In this document: positions 1 to 14,926 of the stretch, one piece after another
Position numbering within the stretch: position 1 is the stretch's first letter
Layout of the letters: each line of letters begins with the position of its first letter
Origin: Balanoglossus misakiensis
Lineage: Eukaryota; Animalia; Hemichordata
DNA length: 64,000 nucleotides
Assembly (NCBI GenBank): GCA_040954595.2
Contig: CM082585.2
Location: 6,039,808-6,103,807 of the forward strand
Reading direction: 5' to 3'
Translations under genes and position numbers: made by a program
Notes under the pieces: generated by a model
Told to the model about the DNA's origin: nothing
Seen by the model: only the letters and a program-made list of their open reading frames with translations
The model's database searches: none

Positions 1-69
1 GCCATCTACGGCCGAAACGACGATTATCACTACAACACCTTCAATGGCGTCTTGCTGTATCCCAAATGA
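1..69 (+). CDS. 3' end of a C1q-domain protein gene (runs off the left edge)
   Basis: Frame 1 reads AIYGRNDDYHYNTFNGVLLYPK*, the typical C1q C-terminal strand (TFxGxLLYP). It aligns with AIYSSGTSKYITFNGFVIYPNMV* at the end of the C1q gene at 57620-58044. AATAAA at 161-166. Confidence 0.85.
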   Translation, partial: AIYGRNDDYHYNTFNGVLLYPK

Positions 70-629
70 ACACAACTATACGAACTCGCCTATACATTGT
101 ACACATATAGTTTAAGCACAAACTTGACCATTTCTCACACCAGTAAAAACTTTCTCAATCAATAAAATTTCATTCAGTACACCTTCAAAATTAATTTATC
201 ACGGTTTTGGTTACGTTATACAATGTATCTTAGTATATTTCCAATTTCATCAATTGTATTGTTGTTTTCGCTTTGAATTTCACGGTCATGTGCCACAAAG
301 TCAGAAGGCGTTCCAAAAAGATGGGAAATCCTTGATAATCTATTTATGGCAGTGTTCAAATTGGTGCGTTTTGCTCTTTCATTTGCATCAGTATATATTA
401 CCCTTTGAAATCAGAAAAGTGTGTTTGTAATAAGATTTAGTTCATACCATGCACAAAGCGAAATAAATTTCACAAAGAATTCATCACTATATCCTGGTTG
501 GTGGGTGTATATTTATGCAGCAATGTGGGGGGGGGGGGTTCTCAAACCTGGTCATTCATGAGGCATGCGCAGTTGACGAGGACTTCGCAGAATGACAGAA
601 TTGTACCTAAAGTAAATGTTTACTTCCCG

Positions 630-819
630 TCCAAAAAGAATCGCACTAAGACTTTCATTGTGTACAGCATTCTGTGCATTACATCTTGTGTAGAAGCACC
701 TACTTGTACGACAAAATAAATTTTATCCAAAAAGAATTGCACTAAGACTTTCATTGTGTACAGCATTCTGTGCATTACATCTTGTGTAGAAGCACCTACT
801 TGTACGACAAAATAAATTT
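630..819. repeat. Tandem duplication, 2 x about 96 bp
   Basis: tccaaaaagaat(c/t)gcactaagactttcattg...gtacgacaaaataaattt occurs at 630 and 726, nearly identical. Confidence 0.95.
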
Positions 820-1607
820 GGCAAACACTTCTATTTATGAATTGTTATTTATAAGATAATTCAATTCGACTTCATTATCCAGGATCACTTCGGCATATCC
901 CAACGTTAACTTGTGCAACTCCAAGTATGCAACAAGTGTTACAAATCGAACATCAAAGTTTGGGTTAAAAGGAAAACGTCAAAACACTTCTATCCATTGC
1001 ATGCCATTTACGTATGACCCTACCAGGTGTGACGGTGTCAATTGCAAATTATTGCGTAGACATGTAAATGAGCTGCTCCGCTTTAAAGCACTCTCGCCCT
1101 TTGTTCTACCGCCCGCGTGCCAGTATGACCACAAAGAGAATTTTTTTCTCTTTTTGGTGTGGTGACACACAGCATCGGTTGTGCTAATTTTAGCAACGTG
1201 TGACGTTGTGGTGTTATTTCTATATTTGGTCAATACGGGTTCTGAATGCAGGTACTCGCTGGGCAGTGTTTTGACTGTCTGCCACCGCGTTTTATTAGCG
1301 TATGAAGTAGCGAGGCTTTTTAGCCGTACGCGATTGCGTATCGTACGCCATCTCGGCTATTGCTCCCGCGGATGTCGCGAAATACGCCCTGAGATGTTGA
1401 AAGATAGGCTACATGAAATTGAACGGGAGTAAGTTTGGTCGGGTCGTCCGTATACAGGCGAAATTCCACGCGGGGATCATGCGCTCCTATCCCGTGCTTT
1501 GTGCTCTATCGCGTGCCGCATGACGTATACACCGATGAGTTCTGTGGATACAAATGACTGGCACAGCGCATAAAACAATTTATTGTTAAAATCGATAGAA
1601 CGTTGAG

Positions 1608-2015
1608 ATGCATCTGCTCCACATTGCAGCGCTTTTCGTGGACTATACCGTACGTGCCGTGAAATATTTATTCAACTTGGCCATTTTTGAGCTGAATTTG
1701 GCGTCACGCCCATCGACGGAACGCGAAATAGCGGGTGAGTCCGTGTCGGGTTTGGAAACACGAGACGACAGGTGTCGTGTTCAACCGCTGGAACCAGAAA
1801 TCAGAGACAATTCCACCAGTGACTCTGTCCGGAAGACTAGGTTGTCCGAAGCCCCCGTCGCTGTTTATAATGCCAAAGGCCAGCTGGGTCTGCTTCAGAA
1901 CAGGACAGATCAACTCGGGTCGCAGGTGAGAGTTTCATCATTTTCACTGTGGTATGGAACCTTATCATCATCATCATCATCATCATTATCATCATCATCA
2001 TCATCATCATCATCG

Positions 2016-2101
<86 letters not shown>

Positions 2102-5100
2102 GCCACCGTCACCACCACCACCACCACCACCACCACCACCACCACCACCACCACCACCACCATCATCACATAACTCGACACCAATGTATAATATCAGGAT
2201 GACCGTTACATGCAAATTCGTTGAAAGTGAGCTGAACGGTCGTCGGTGACGTGACTTGAATGATATCACTGTTGTCCTAAGGTGAACCCAGTTCGTCTAT
2301 CAGCCAACTGCGCATGCTCGTGACCAGCAGATCGTTAAAACAGACAAAAATCAACATGAAAATCTCTTGCAACGAAAACATGTTTCATATTTTTCGAAAA
2401 ACGATAGATTGTACAATAAGCTGTTTTAGTAAACTGTAAAACTTTTGAAACGTACGCAAGAATATGTTGTTTTATTACATAGATACGGATGTTACATCTT
2501 TCATTTTCAGGATTCGCTGTCTGCATATGAGTCGGCGCAAGAAGATCTGACACGTGATGAGAAAACTTGCAGGACAAGAGACGGCATCATCGCAGAACCT
2601 GGTGTGACGTCATTACCAAAACGGACCAATGACGGGGCGTGCCAAACTTGTTCAAACGATCCTTGGGTCTTGCGGGTATAACAATTACACGTACTTACAG
2701 ATCATGCCAGAATTTCTAGTCATTTCATTTCAGTAGATACACAAAACTAAAATGCTTAATGACATATCGGAAATATACAGCTAATAGAGCCTTAACTATT
2801 TGTCTTTTGCAAGCATCTGTGTCATCACAGTCAAAATAGAATCATGATTTACATTCTGTCCGTGCATTGAACATATGGACAAAGAATAAATTAGATGCGG
2901 CAACAGTTTCATTGAAACCGTCGAATTGTCCCAGGGTCGTTGCAGTACACATACCCTCATCACCACAACGCTATAATTACAAATATATGATCAAGGCCAT
3001 CTCTGTGAACAAATGGTCACCCTGTTGCCAATACCCGACCGTGACCTGAAGACTAAAATAAAATCCCTGATCCGAAGGTTATTTATCCGTCAGGTGCGGA
3101 GGAAATTTGCATATTAGTCAGGAGACACTGAGCTAATAGGTGTGGTAATATTCTTAATGGCCATCAAACACCCCCTCCCCCCCCCCCGTATATTCATGTA
3201 CCTGTAGTAACTTGGGTTTGTTTGCTTGTTTGTTTGTTATTAGAGTCGACCTTTGAACTCTGCTCCTGTGAAAGAGAATAACCTCCCTGGATGTTCCCAT
3301 AGCGATGACGAAGATGAACAAGTGAAAGAACCTAAGAAGAAAAAGAAAAGGGTAAGAAAATTGTGAAAAATGGGACCGATTTATTGGGATTTCATTTAAG
3401 TTCATGGTGACACCAATTTGGCGATTCTATCGCGGATATCTGTAGCAGTTAGGCCTATTGGTCTTACATTTTTCAATCCGCCATATTGTGGCTGTACAGC
3501 GACATTTATGTCACTATTCGAAAATGCCACCTGTTGCACAGTATCACGTTTTTCTGGTCCACGGACATGCAAATGCATGAATATATGAAGGATAATAAGA
3601 CTATATATCTATAAATCAATACAATGAAAGGATTCAAACCCGTTTCATAAAGTCAAAGGTTGATTTCATCTATAAATATTCGTGTTAATATGAAAAGCTG
3701 TTTATATTACAGCCAAGCGATACAAACTGCCGACGGCGTGTGCAAATGAAACAATCTGAATTAATCAAATGTATGGTGATTGGTCGGGCGTTCAATCTGG
3801 CAATGGTCTTCTTTTTACATACATGACAAGGGCTTCATTTCAGCAACTGAGTACAAACCAGGGTCCATATTTTCCCTTTACAGAAAACTTTTGCCATGGT
3901 CAGATTCAGGGTCAAGGGCAAGACTGTCCTCATCAACGAACCGTGCACGGATTTCGTCGACCCTCTGCACAAACTGCCGACGCCCTCACTGCCGAAGAAA
4001 AAGTATCTGGAAGTGAATGTCACCCATTACAGTAAGATAACCGAAGTTCATATCAGGCTCGTCCAAAAACTATACACGGTAAGTTTCCAATGCAGTTATG
4101 CATCTGTTACGAGGCAGATATCAACAACTCTTATGTTTTATCGTGCTTTCTGCGTGTCCGATTCTTGCCCACTTGTGACGTCACACGACCCGGTGTTGTG
4201 CCGAATTCGGCCCCATGCCGAATACGTCCCGCGCATGCTCGGGTCATCAGTAACATGTGTCTGAAATATTGCATTTTCTTGTGTGAAAGTTTTGCCATCC
4301 AACGTGCATGTAAGGCTGTGCATGAATGTACAGTGTACTGCACTGTAAACTTGGACATTGCATTACCGCAAGGATTTAATTTCATTCCACCAACAAATCA
4401 GGGCCATGGGCAGATATTCACCCATTTAGGCCGAAACCATCACTTTTAGCTTTCAATAGTTAACGTGACTTTAGTTGGGGTCTTAATCGGCAACGGGGCT
4501 GAAATCAGCAGCTTTACCTGCCGATCTTATCCCTTAGAAGCCATGGTTTGTTTGTCAAGGCATGCGCGGGGACGTATTCGGCATGGGGCCGAATTCGGCA
4601 CAACACCGGTAGAAAGCAACGAACGTCATAGCATTCGCCCTCGGAGTTTGCAAACCGTTCTGGTCTAATGATCCGCAAGCCAACAAACTTAATTAATTAT
4701 TGATTCATTGTTCGTTATTTCGGGTGGCCTATACTTCTGACAATTCCATCCCCATGTGCAGGGTGAGTATCGCAACATGCTGGTCATGTTGAAGTCTCTC
4801 TACGAGAAAGGGCAGTCCGAAAGAGTCCGTATGAAGTCGGCGCCGGTTGAGGGCGGGCTGTATGCAGCTTATGATGAGACGTCAGAGATGTGGCACCGAG
4901 TCCGGGTCGTCGAGGTCCCGGATATTGCAAAGTCGGTAATTATGAAGTATTATAGTCATTTTTAACTACTAGTATGTGTACCGTTATTTGGGAGTTAGCT
5001 ATAATGGTGGCTCACGGTGACCGTGGGTGGCGCTATGTTCTCCACCCTTACTAACTGCAAATAGCGGTTTCTGACCTATTTGCAAGGACTGTGCACAAAG

Positions 5101-7309
5101 ACCAGTAGACGGATGGATGCAAGAAATCAGGATTACTAACACTGATGTAAATGTAACAAACATTGGACGGAAAATAATAAAAGTAACGCCGTCTTTCTTT
5201 TCTAGAATTTAGTGACTTGTCTGTTCATCGATCAAGGCCATGAAAAGAAAATTCCACTGAGTTCACTGCGACTGCTGCTGAACAGGAAGAGACTGTTGAT
5301 ACCTCCACAGGTAATTCCAGGAATACATCTTATTTACATATGTCCATATATGGTTAAAGGGCGTGTATAATTCCTCTCATGGCCGTGTGGTTGCACACTT
5401 TTTCACGTGACCAACTGGAGAAAATCTGTGAGCCTGTTTAAGAACCTTGGTAATTTCCGAAAAGTACGATAATTGTTAATTTTTAATGAGAAATTATCAT
5501 CACATCGACTAAAAATATGACTTTGTAAGCTAAAACCTCCAGAATGTTTTACTTTTAAGGCAGAAAAACGTAAGAACCTCGATTTTCTTGGCAAGAACCT
5601 CGTCCACGTGTATAAATTCCTAACTGAGAACCTTGATGATATCGGCCACGTATATAAATTCCTATCTAAGAAACTTGATGATGTCGGAGAGATAAATTAC
5701 AATAATTGTTAATTAATAATGAGAAATTATCGTCGCATCGACTAAAAACATGACTTTGAAAGCTAGAACCTCGAATATTTTTTACTTTTAAGGCAGAAAA
5801 ACGTAAGAACCACGATTTTTTGTTAAGAACCACGGCCACGTGTATAAATTCCTATCTAAGAACCATGATGATTTCGGAGAGATAAATTACAATAATTGTT
5901 AATTAATAATGAGAAATTATCGTCGCATCGACTAAAAATACTATTCATTCATTCATTGTTTCATTCATTCATTTATTCATTCATTGTCCGTTTTATTTTA
6001 TTTTTAGTCAATACGCTGTCGCCTGCATGGACACGAGAAAATTCAAAAATTGACCAGTTTGCAGAAAATGTTATTCATGGATAAGTTCCAGCAGAGGATA
6101 AATGCAAGAAATTCCCTATGGTGCAAAGTCAAACGAAGGTATGGTGGCGAAGTGTGCATTCTTCAAACTGTCTTCCTGTTGTCTCAATCTGACAAAGTCG
6201 TCAACAAATGTGAGACAGTTTGGTCTTCTGTATCTAGGCGTTCAGAAGTCCTGGTTGTTATGGGAACGGTCAGCAGTAGTGGGCCTTCATGTGTACAGAG
6301 GAAATAGTTTAATTCGGAATTTTTAATATTTGGCATATTTCGGAGTTTGTGTGGTAAAACCCGTGATCCATGGCAGTCTTTGTCTTTCTTCTTTCACACA
6401 GACCACCGTCAATCAAACTAGGAGCTACAAAATACACCAACATCGCCAGGGACACGCTGAAGGAGGTCAAATCCTTGCCCAAGTGCTACGGATGCAAACA
6501 GCTGTTCACCGTGTCCAGTATGCTCCTGGAGAAGTCGAACGAGATCTCGCAGATCTCGCAGTGTCTCGAAGAGAGCGTCGAGAGGTTGAACTGCGACATG
6601 AACATGGTGCGGACGAACACGTTGGACCTGGAGCAAGGAATGGCTTTGTATCGCGACCGTGTCCAGCGAGATGTGCAGACGGTGAGTCGTCCAATGAATA
6701 GATAGATATCATTAATGAGTCTGCTCAGACCTCATTGTCGTTTGCGCAGATGACTTGCTGTTCATGGCACTGTCGCATAATAAGTAAAGGTCCCTCGACA
6801 CAGCCACGTTTTGAGACAAAAGTTAACAAATTCAGATATTTTAATATTCTGAACAAATTTCAACAATTAAGGTTACATGGTTATAGTATTCCATAGCCAT
6901 ATATGTAGTAGAATTTTGAAGAAAAAGGCTTTGGTAATGTTGCCATGTTCCTTCAAATTTTCACAAACGGTGCCAAAAGAGGAGCTTTATCAAATGATAG
7001 AAGAGAAACCATGCTTGATTTTTTGGTAGAGGTGTTCAGATATTTTCACCATACCACGGGAGTGCAAGAAAAGTGCTGACTCAGCATTCCCCCCCCCCCA
7101 TATCAGCAATTCGCGCTGACTCAGCATTTTTCCCCCCATATCAGCAATTCGCATACATGGCAAGGGGACTACAGATGGCGCTCTCAGACTACCTCCAGCA
7201 CGAGATGCCGTTAGAGTTGCCATGGACACGTCCGATGCCACCCGCACAGTTGTCGTTGTCATCGATTCCGGAGCACAATCGTGATGACATCACACAAACC
7301 TGGGTCTAA
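1608..7309 (+). CDS. Spliced Tudor-domain-containing protein (extended Tudor fold, basic NLS-like stretch, C-terminal coiled coil)
   Basis: Phase-compatible GT-AG exons: 1608-1925, 2511-2675, 3244-3351, (3713-3775 uncertain), 3884-4078, 4762-4935, 5206-5310, 6008-6138, 6402-6681, 7030-7309. The joined core reads YLEVNVTHYSKITEVHIRL...PVEGGLYAAYDETSEMWHRVRVVEV...VTCLFIDQGHEKKIPLSSLRLL...IPPQSIRCRLHG, the extended Tudor pattern. The 5' exons and the last exon are less certain. Confidence 0.75.
1964..2168 (+). repeat. Compound microsatellite (CAT)n-(CAC)n in Tudor gene intron 1
   Basis: Directly visible; explains the poly-S/H/I/D/M ORFs. Confidence 0.98.
4194..4605. mobile_element. Non-autonomous Ginger1-like DNA transposon (MITE)
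   Basis: About 45-bp TIRs (tgttgtgccgaattcggccccatgccgaatacgtccc...), TGT...ACA termini, CCGG on both sides (4190-4193, 4606-4609). These match the described Ginger1 hallmarks. Confidence 0.8.
4762..4935 (+). CDS. Tudor core exon
   Basis: GLYAAYDETSEMWHRVRVVEV; tgtgcag acceptor and gtaatt donor, phase 0-0. Confidence 0.85.
5400..5940. repeat. Degenerate intronic tandem repeat (about 190-230 bp, 3 copies)
   Basis: ataattgttaatt..taatgagaaattatc.tc.catcgactaaaa recurs near 5470, 5701 and 5891. Confidence 0.85.
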
Positions 7310-7337
7310 ATAAAACGAATCGACTCCAAGAATCCTG

Positions 7338-7430
7338 TAGTCTCGGTTACCCAGACGCCTTTGCTTCTTCCGATGCTCTCCTTTTCTGGAGAGCATCGGA
7401 AGAGCAAAGGTGTCTGGGTAACCGAGACTA
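7338..7430. mobile_element. 93-bp hairpin MITE with 9-bp TSD (AcademH-like)
   Basis: Near-perfect palindrome tagtctcggttacccagac...gtctgggtaaccgagacta flanked by the direct repeat agaatcctg (7329-7337, 7431-7439). TAG..CTA ends; superfamily assignment is inference. Confidence 0.85.
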
Positions 7431-8506
7431 AGAATCCTGCAGAATGTTATTTACAATGTCAGATTTTTATTGATAGTCTAGCTAATTTAGATAATTCTTC
7501 CATATTCAGTACTATCTCATTTACAGCATAACATTTTCATGTTCATGATGTGATGTCAATTCATGACATGTTTGTGTACTAAAGTGCCATAAAATGCAAC
7601 TTTCTTGGGTAGTGTGGGAAGTTACCACTATAAAAGCAGTGGAAATACTGGTAGTTTTAGGCTTATGGTGTCTCTGCGGCATCTGCTGAAGCAAAGGAGA
7701 CGAGAGTTTGACAAGTTTACAATGGAGTGACAGAGTCGTCATTCCAGATCCAGCGGTCTCTTGATGATTCCTGTCTTACTGGAATCTGGTACATGTACCT
7801 TCATTTCACGCGCACGCGCACGGCGGCTGGGAACCAGATGCTGAAGAATCACGAAGGGCGCCCTCAAACAATGTTTTGGTATACACTGTACACTTTTGTT
7901 TACACGATTTATAGTACATTGTAACTGGAAACTTTGATATACAGTGTAGATAGAAATTTACATTTGAATTTGTGACATTTATATAAATTATTCAAAAACT
8001 GAAATTTATTCAAATGTGAACAACAAAGATATTTCTAGAAAAAAATTATACCACAGATTAGAAAATTGTACTGTGAACATGAAACAAGATACTTTTACAT
8101 CACTATAGACACACAAATCCTCAAAATGCAAGAGTAGAGACAAAATACAGTAGTTTATTTAGAGAATTATCAAGTTACATTGACGGGAAATTAGAAAAAA
8201 AATCTATAGTTCACGAGCATGAGAATCTATCAGGTACATAACATGGGAAATTATCAAAACGGTGACATTTTCGTTTTATAACCAGATTTATGATGACATA
8301 TGCAATGCTAAGTTCATCTGATATGTGATATCTAAAATTTTGGTCTGATTCGTATTAAAGTGATGCTATCCTCTACAGCTGAACATGTGAACAATCCGAA
8401 AAACATGCCGTAACTCACTGTTTCTTGCAACATATAAACATACAAGTAAAAACATAGCACAGTTGTAGTTGTTTTCATGATTCTAAACTGATATTCGATT
8501 CAATTA

Positions 8507-8728
8507 AATTCTGACTGCCTTAAATAGGTTTTAACTCGTGCTAGGGGGTCAAATCACATTTTGTTATTTTTCTGTTACAAAGTTTCAGAATGACCCAGTA
8601 TCACATTAGCTTATGATCTTCCATTTCTCAAACATGGAAAAAATCGGCCATCTTGAAATTGTGTCGACCATACTAGATTTTTATCACTCACCTAGGTAGC
8701 CAAAAGCCTATTTAAGGTAGTGAGAATT
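8507..8728. mobile_element. MITE in the putative GPR180 3' UTR; partial second copy at about 41376-41475
   Basis: Imperfect TIRs aattctgactgccttaaatagg / cctatttaaggtagtgagaatt. The right half recurs in glycogenin intron 4. Confidence 0.75.
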
Positions 8729-8852
8729 CAGTAACAGTGAAATTTCCAATACATGATTCATTTGTCTGATCGAAACAGTACGAGAAAACGTAAAATAAAT
8801 AGACCTTGACTTGAATTATGAAAACTCTTGAACATCCAGCCTGTGCGTCGCG

Positions 8853-12332
<3,480 letters not shown>

Positions 12333-12388
12333 GATGCCGATCCATATTGCAGTTGCTAACTCGAGTAAATGACACCTGGTAACCTTAT

Positions 12389-12418
12389 TCAACTCGTCCC
12401 GGCTTCCGCCATGTTGAT
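12389..12418 (-). promoter_or_regulatory. YY1/ETS-like motif and 7-aa uORF upstream of GPR180
   Basis: Minus strand caacATGGCGGAAGccgggacgagtTGA: YY1-type AAnATGGCG overlapping CGGAAG; out-of-frame uORF MAEAGTS* starting 80 nt above the main ATG. Confidence 0.5.
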
Positions 12419-14837
12419 TTTCAGACGTGGAGCCATCACAGGGTAAGTGCTTTTACGACGTTCATTTTATTTAAATACACACATTTATTTGTCCAGTCCA
12501 GCCACTAATTTCGCTCCAGTCTCCCATATTAAGTAGTAAAAACATGTTTTGGTGAATGAAGTCCACTGTGTCACAGTTTTATTATCCATTATTAGTAGTG
12601 AGAAAGGGATAGCGTTACTGTCGTCAAACGGTAATGCAATAAGATAAAAACAAAAGAAGCAAATTTTGTCGTCGGGAGATGTCGCCGAAAACGAGATACT
12701 CCTGTTCAACTTTAACCCTTTTATGTGAAAACGCCAACGTAGAAAATCACCGTGAGAATTTTTAAAATTCTCTGTCGGGCAAAAAGTTTAACAAAATAGC
12801 CCGGCTGCGATAAATGTACTTGCCTTTCAAACATGTACAATAACCGCCAGTGCTTATGTGTAGAATCCAGCACATACATACAGGCCTGGATGTTTCAGAA
12901 ATAACACCCGTTTTCGACCACGAAATTCACGAATGCGTTTATTTTTACTTCGCTTGTTCTGGGCATCACTTTTGCTAGTTCATGACTGTGAACACCCAAT
13001 CCCCCCCCCGGGTCCACACCCTAGCTAAATCGTTATGATAACAGTGAAATACATGTAAGTTATGCATAGCGACTGAATGCATCGATGGGAAACGTTTAAA
13101 ACTCACGTGAATTCTCGCGTTCGCAAGAGACGTGTCGCCTGGGTTCAGTGCTCCAGATCTTTCGAAGAAAATTGGAACAATTAATTTATAGGGTCGAGTT
13201 TATGCGTCATCATTTTGCCTGACGAGTTGCACTTGTCATGCTTCAAGGGATGAATATGATAATCTTCTAATGAATTCGATAGCATCCACAATGATGTGCA
13301 CGAGACTTCTTGTCAGAAAAGTAAGCTTTTCGCAAATTTTGAAAATAAATTCTCTGTAGTGCGCACAATCATTTTGATCCCGACTAGAAAACATGCCACA
13401 CACGTCTCTCTCTCAATAAGATCTAGAGTTGTCCTTGGACACGAAAAGACACGTTTCTGCGGTAATAGTCTCGCGATGACAAGCATGAAGAATGATGTCA
13501 TGATTTATCTTGCTATCAATAACAATGAATTGTTAATTCACTGTCAAATTTCAAAGGTATCACATTCCTGCACCTTTTGCTGCAGTGCAGTGTAGTGTAA
13601 AATGTAGTAGAATTTGGCGCACCCCTTATACCAGGGAGGACAAATATTACATAACAGCCGACAAACGTCTACGGGGTGCCTGGGATGGTTGTGACCTTGG
13701 GGCACCTCACTCATTGATACTGTTCACGGACACTCTGAAAAGGCTGTGTCGAAATCGTTGTACACGTGGGAGCTCCGGCCAGAATGAAGAGAGGACGAGA
13801 TTTGAATCTGAATAAGTCGGCCTATTACAAATTGGGGTTCTGAGTGTCTTTTGTTTTAGCCTTGAATAAAATCATACATGACATCAACATTTCGTAAAAC
13901 AGACATTGTCTTCGTGTACTTTTATATAAAAATGTCTACTTTGATTATTCGTGGTTGGTGTAGATATTGGTTGACATATAAAAATACTATACTAGCATAT
14001 CATGAATTTCTTCGTAGGCTTCTATCACACAACTCAATGTAAATTGAATCCGTTTGAGCTAAAAAAAAATGCAAACACTGTCAATCTGTAAGTTTTAATC
14101 TACATCTGCATGCATCCTGCGCCAACTTTTTTGAAAGGTTTTTACCAAGTATGCAGCTCACGGAATTTGTGAAACTTTTTAAATCAGTGCTTTGAATTTA
14201 CTATGGGCCTACAACTCCGATCGTTCTGTTTCTACGTCAACCCACTATTCACGCGATGTAGGTATATCTACATTTTCGCACAGCAAGTGCGATCTCTCAC
14301 TTTTCCTGCAGAAACGAGTTGCACCACCGTATGCGTGCATTCTTATCACCTGTGATTAAATGTATACCGGGATTGAAAACACTTGCTTTATACACCCCTG
14401 GTATAATCAACGAATAAACTTTCACTAAAAGATAATGAGTAGCACCAAAATCGAAAATCCTTTTTTTTAAAAATCCCAAACTCAATATTTTGCACACTTC
14501 CCGACACGCGTATGAGAATGTGATGCAATCCTGAGCTCAGGTGATGAGGTTTCCCAACCGGTCCCATATCCCTCGGTCCATCCCATTCATTGAATATATG
14601 TACATGGACATAGTGAGTGAACAGGAAGATGAATGCAAAACCTGTGTGCAAGGAATACTAGTGACGACTCACCGACGCGATGCGCCCCCTGATTCTTAAC
14701 AGTGCAAAAATTGTGTAGGGCCAAGACGTAGTAACAATAATCTATGGAAACAGGTTATAGTAACAATGACCTAGATAGGGGCACCTGACTAAACGAGCCT
14801 GTCCCATGATTGAACCCCGGGTGACACCTCCCCATCA

Positions 14838-14926
14838 CCTATAAAGTTTAATAGACTGGGCATGCGCTGTGCATTATCCTGTCTGACACTGAGATTCACG
14901 CCGGTTCAAGATGGCAGCCAGCCAAG
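14838..14926 (+). promoter_or_regulatory. Glycogenin promoter / first exon
   Basis: cctataaag TATA box near 14840, CpG-enriched flank, caagATGGCAGCCAGCCAAG|gtagg (MAASQ, phase 1, compatible with the exon at 40098). Confidence 0.65.

Noticed and set aside
1837-2269. Poly-H/I/D/M/S ORFs; likewise poly-M/V at 57324-57593
   Set aside because: Translations of intronic trinucleotide microsatellites.
6330-6701. Second open frame over the Tudor-gene exon 6402-6681
   Set aside because: The phase-2 junction from exon 6008-6138 and GC-rich third positions favour the RPPSIKLG frame.
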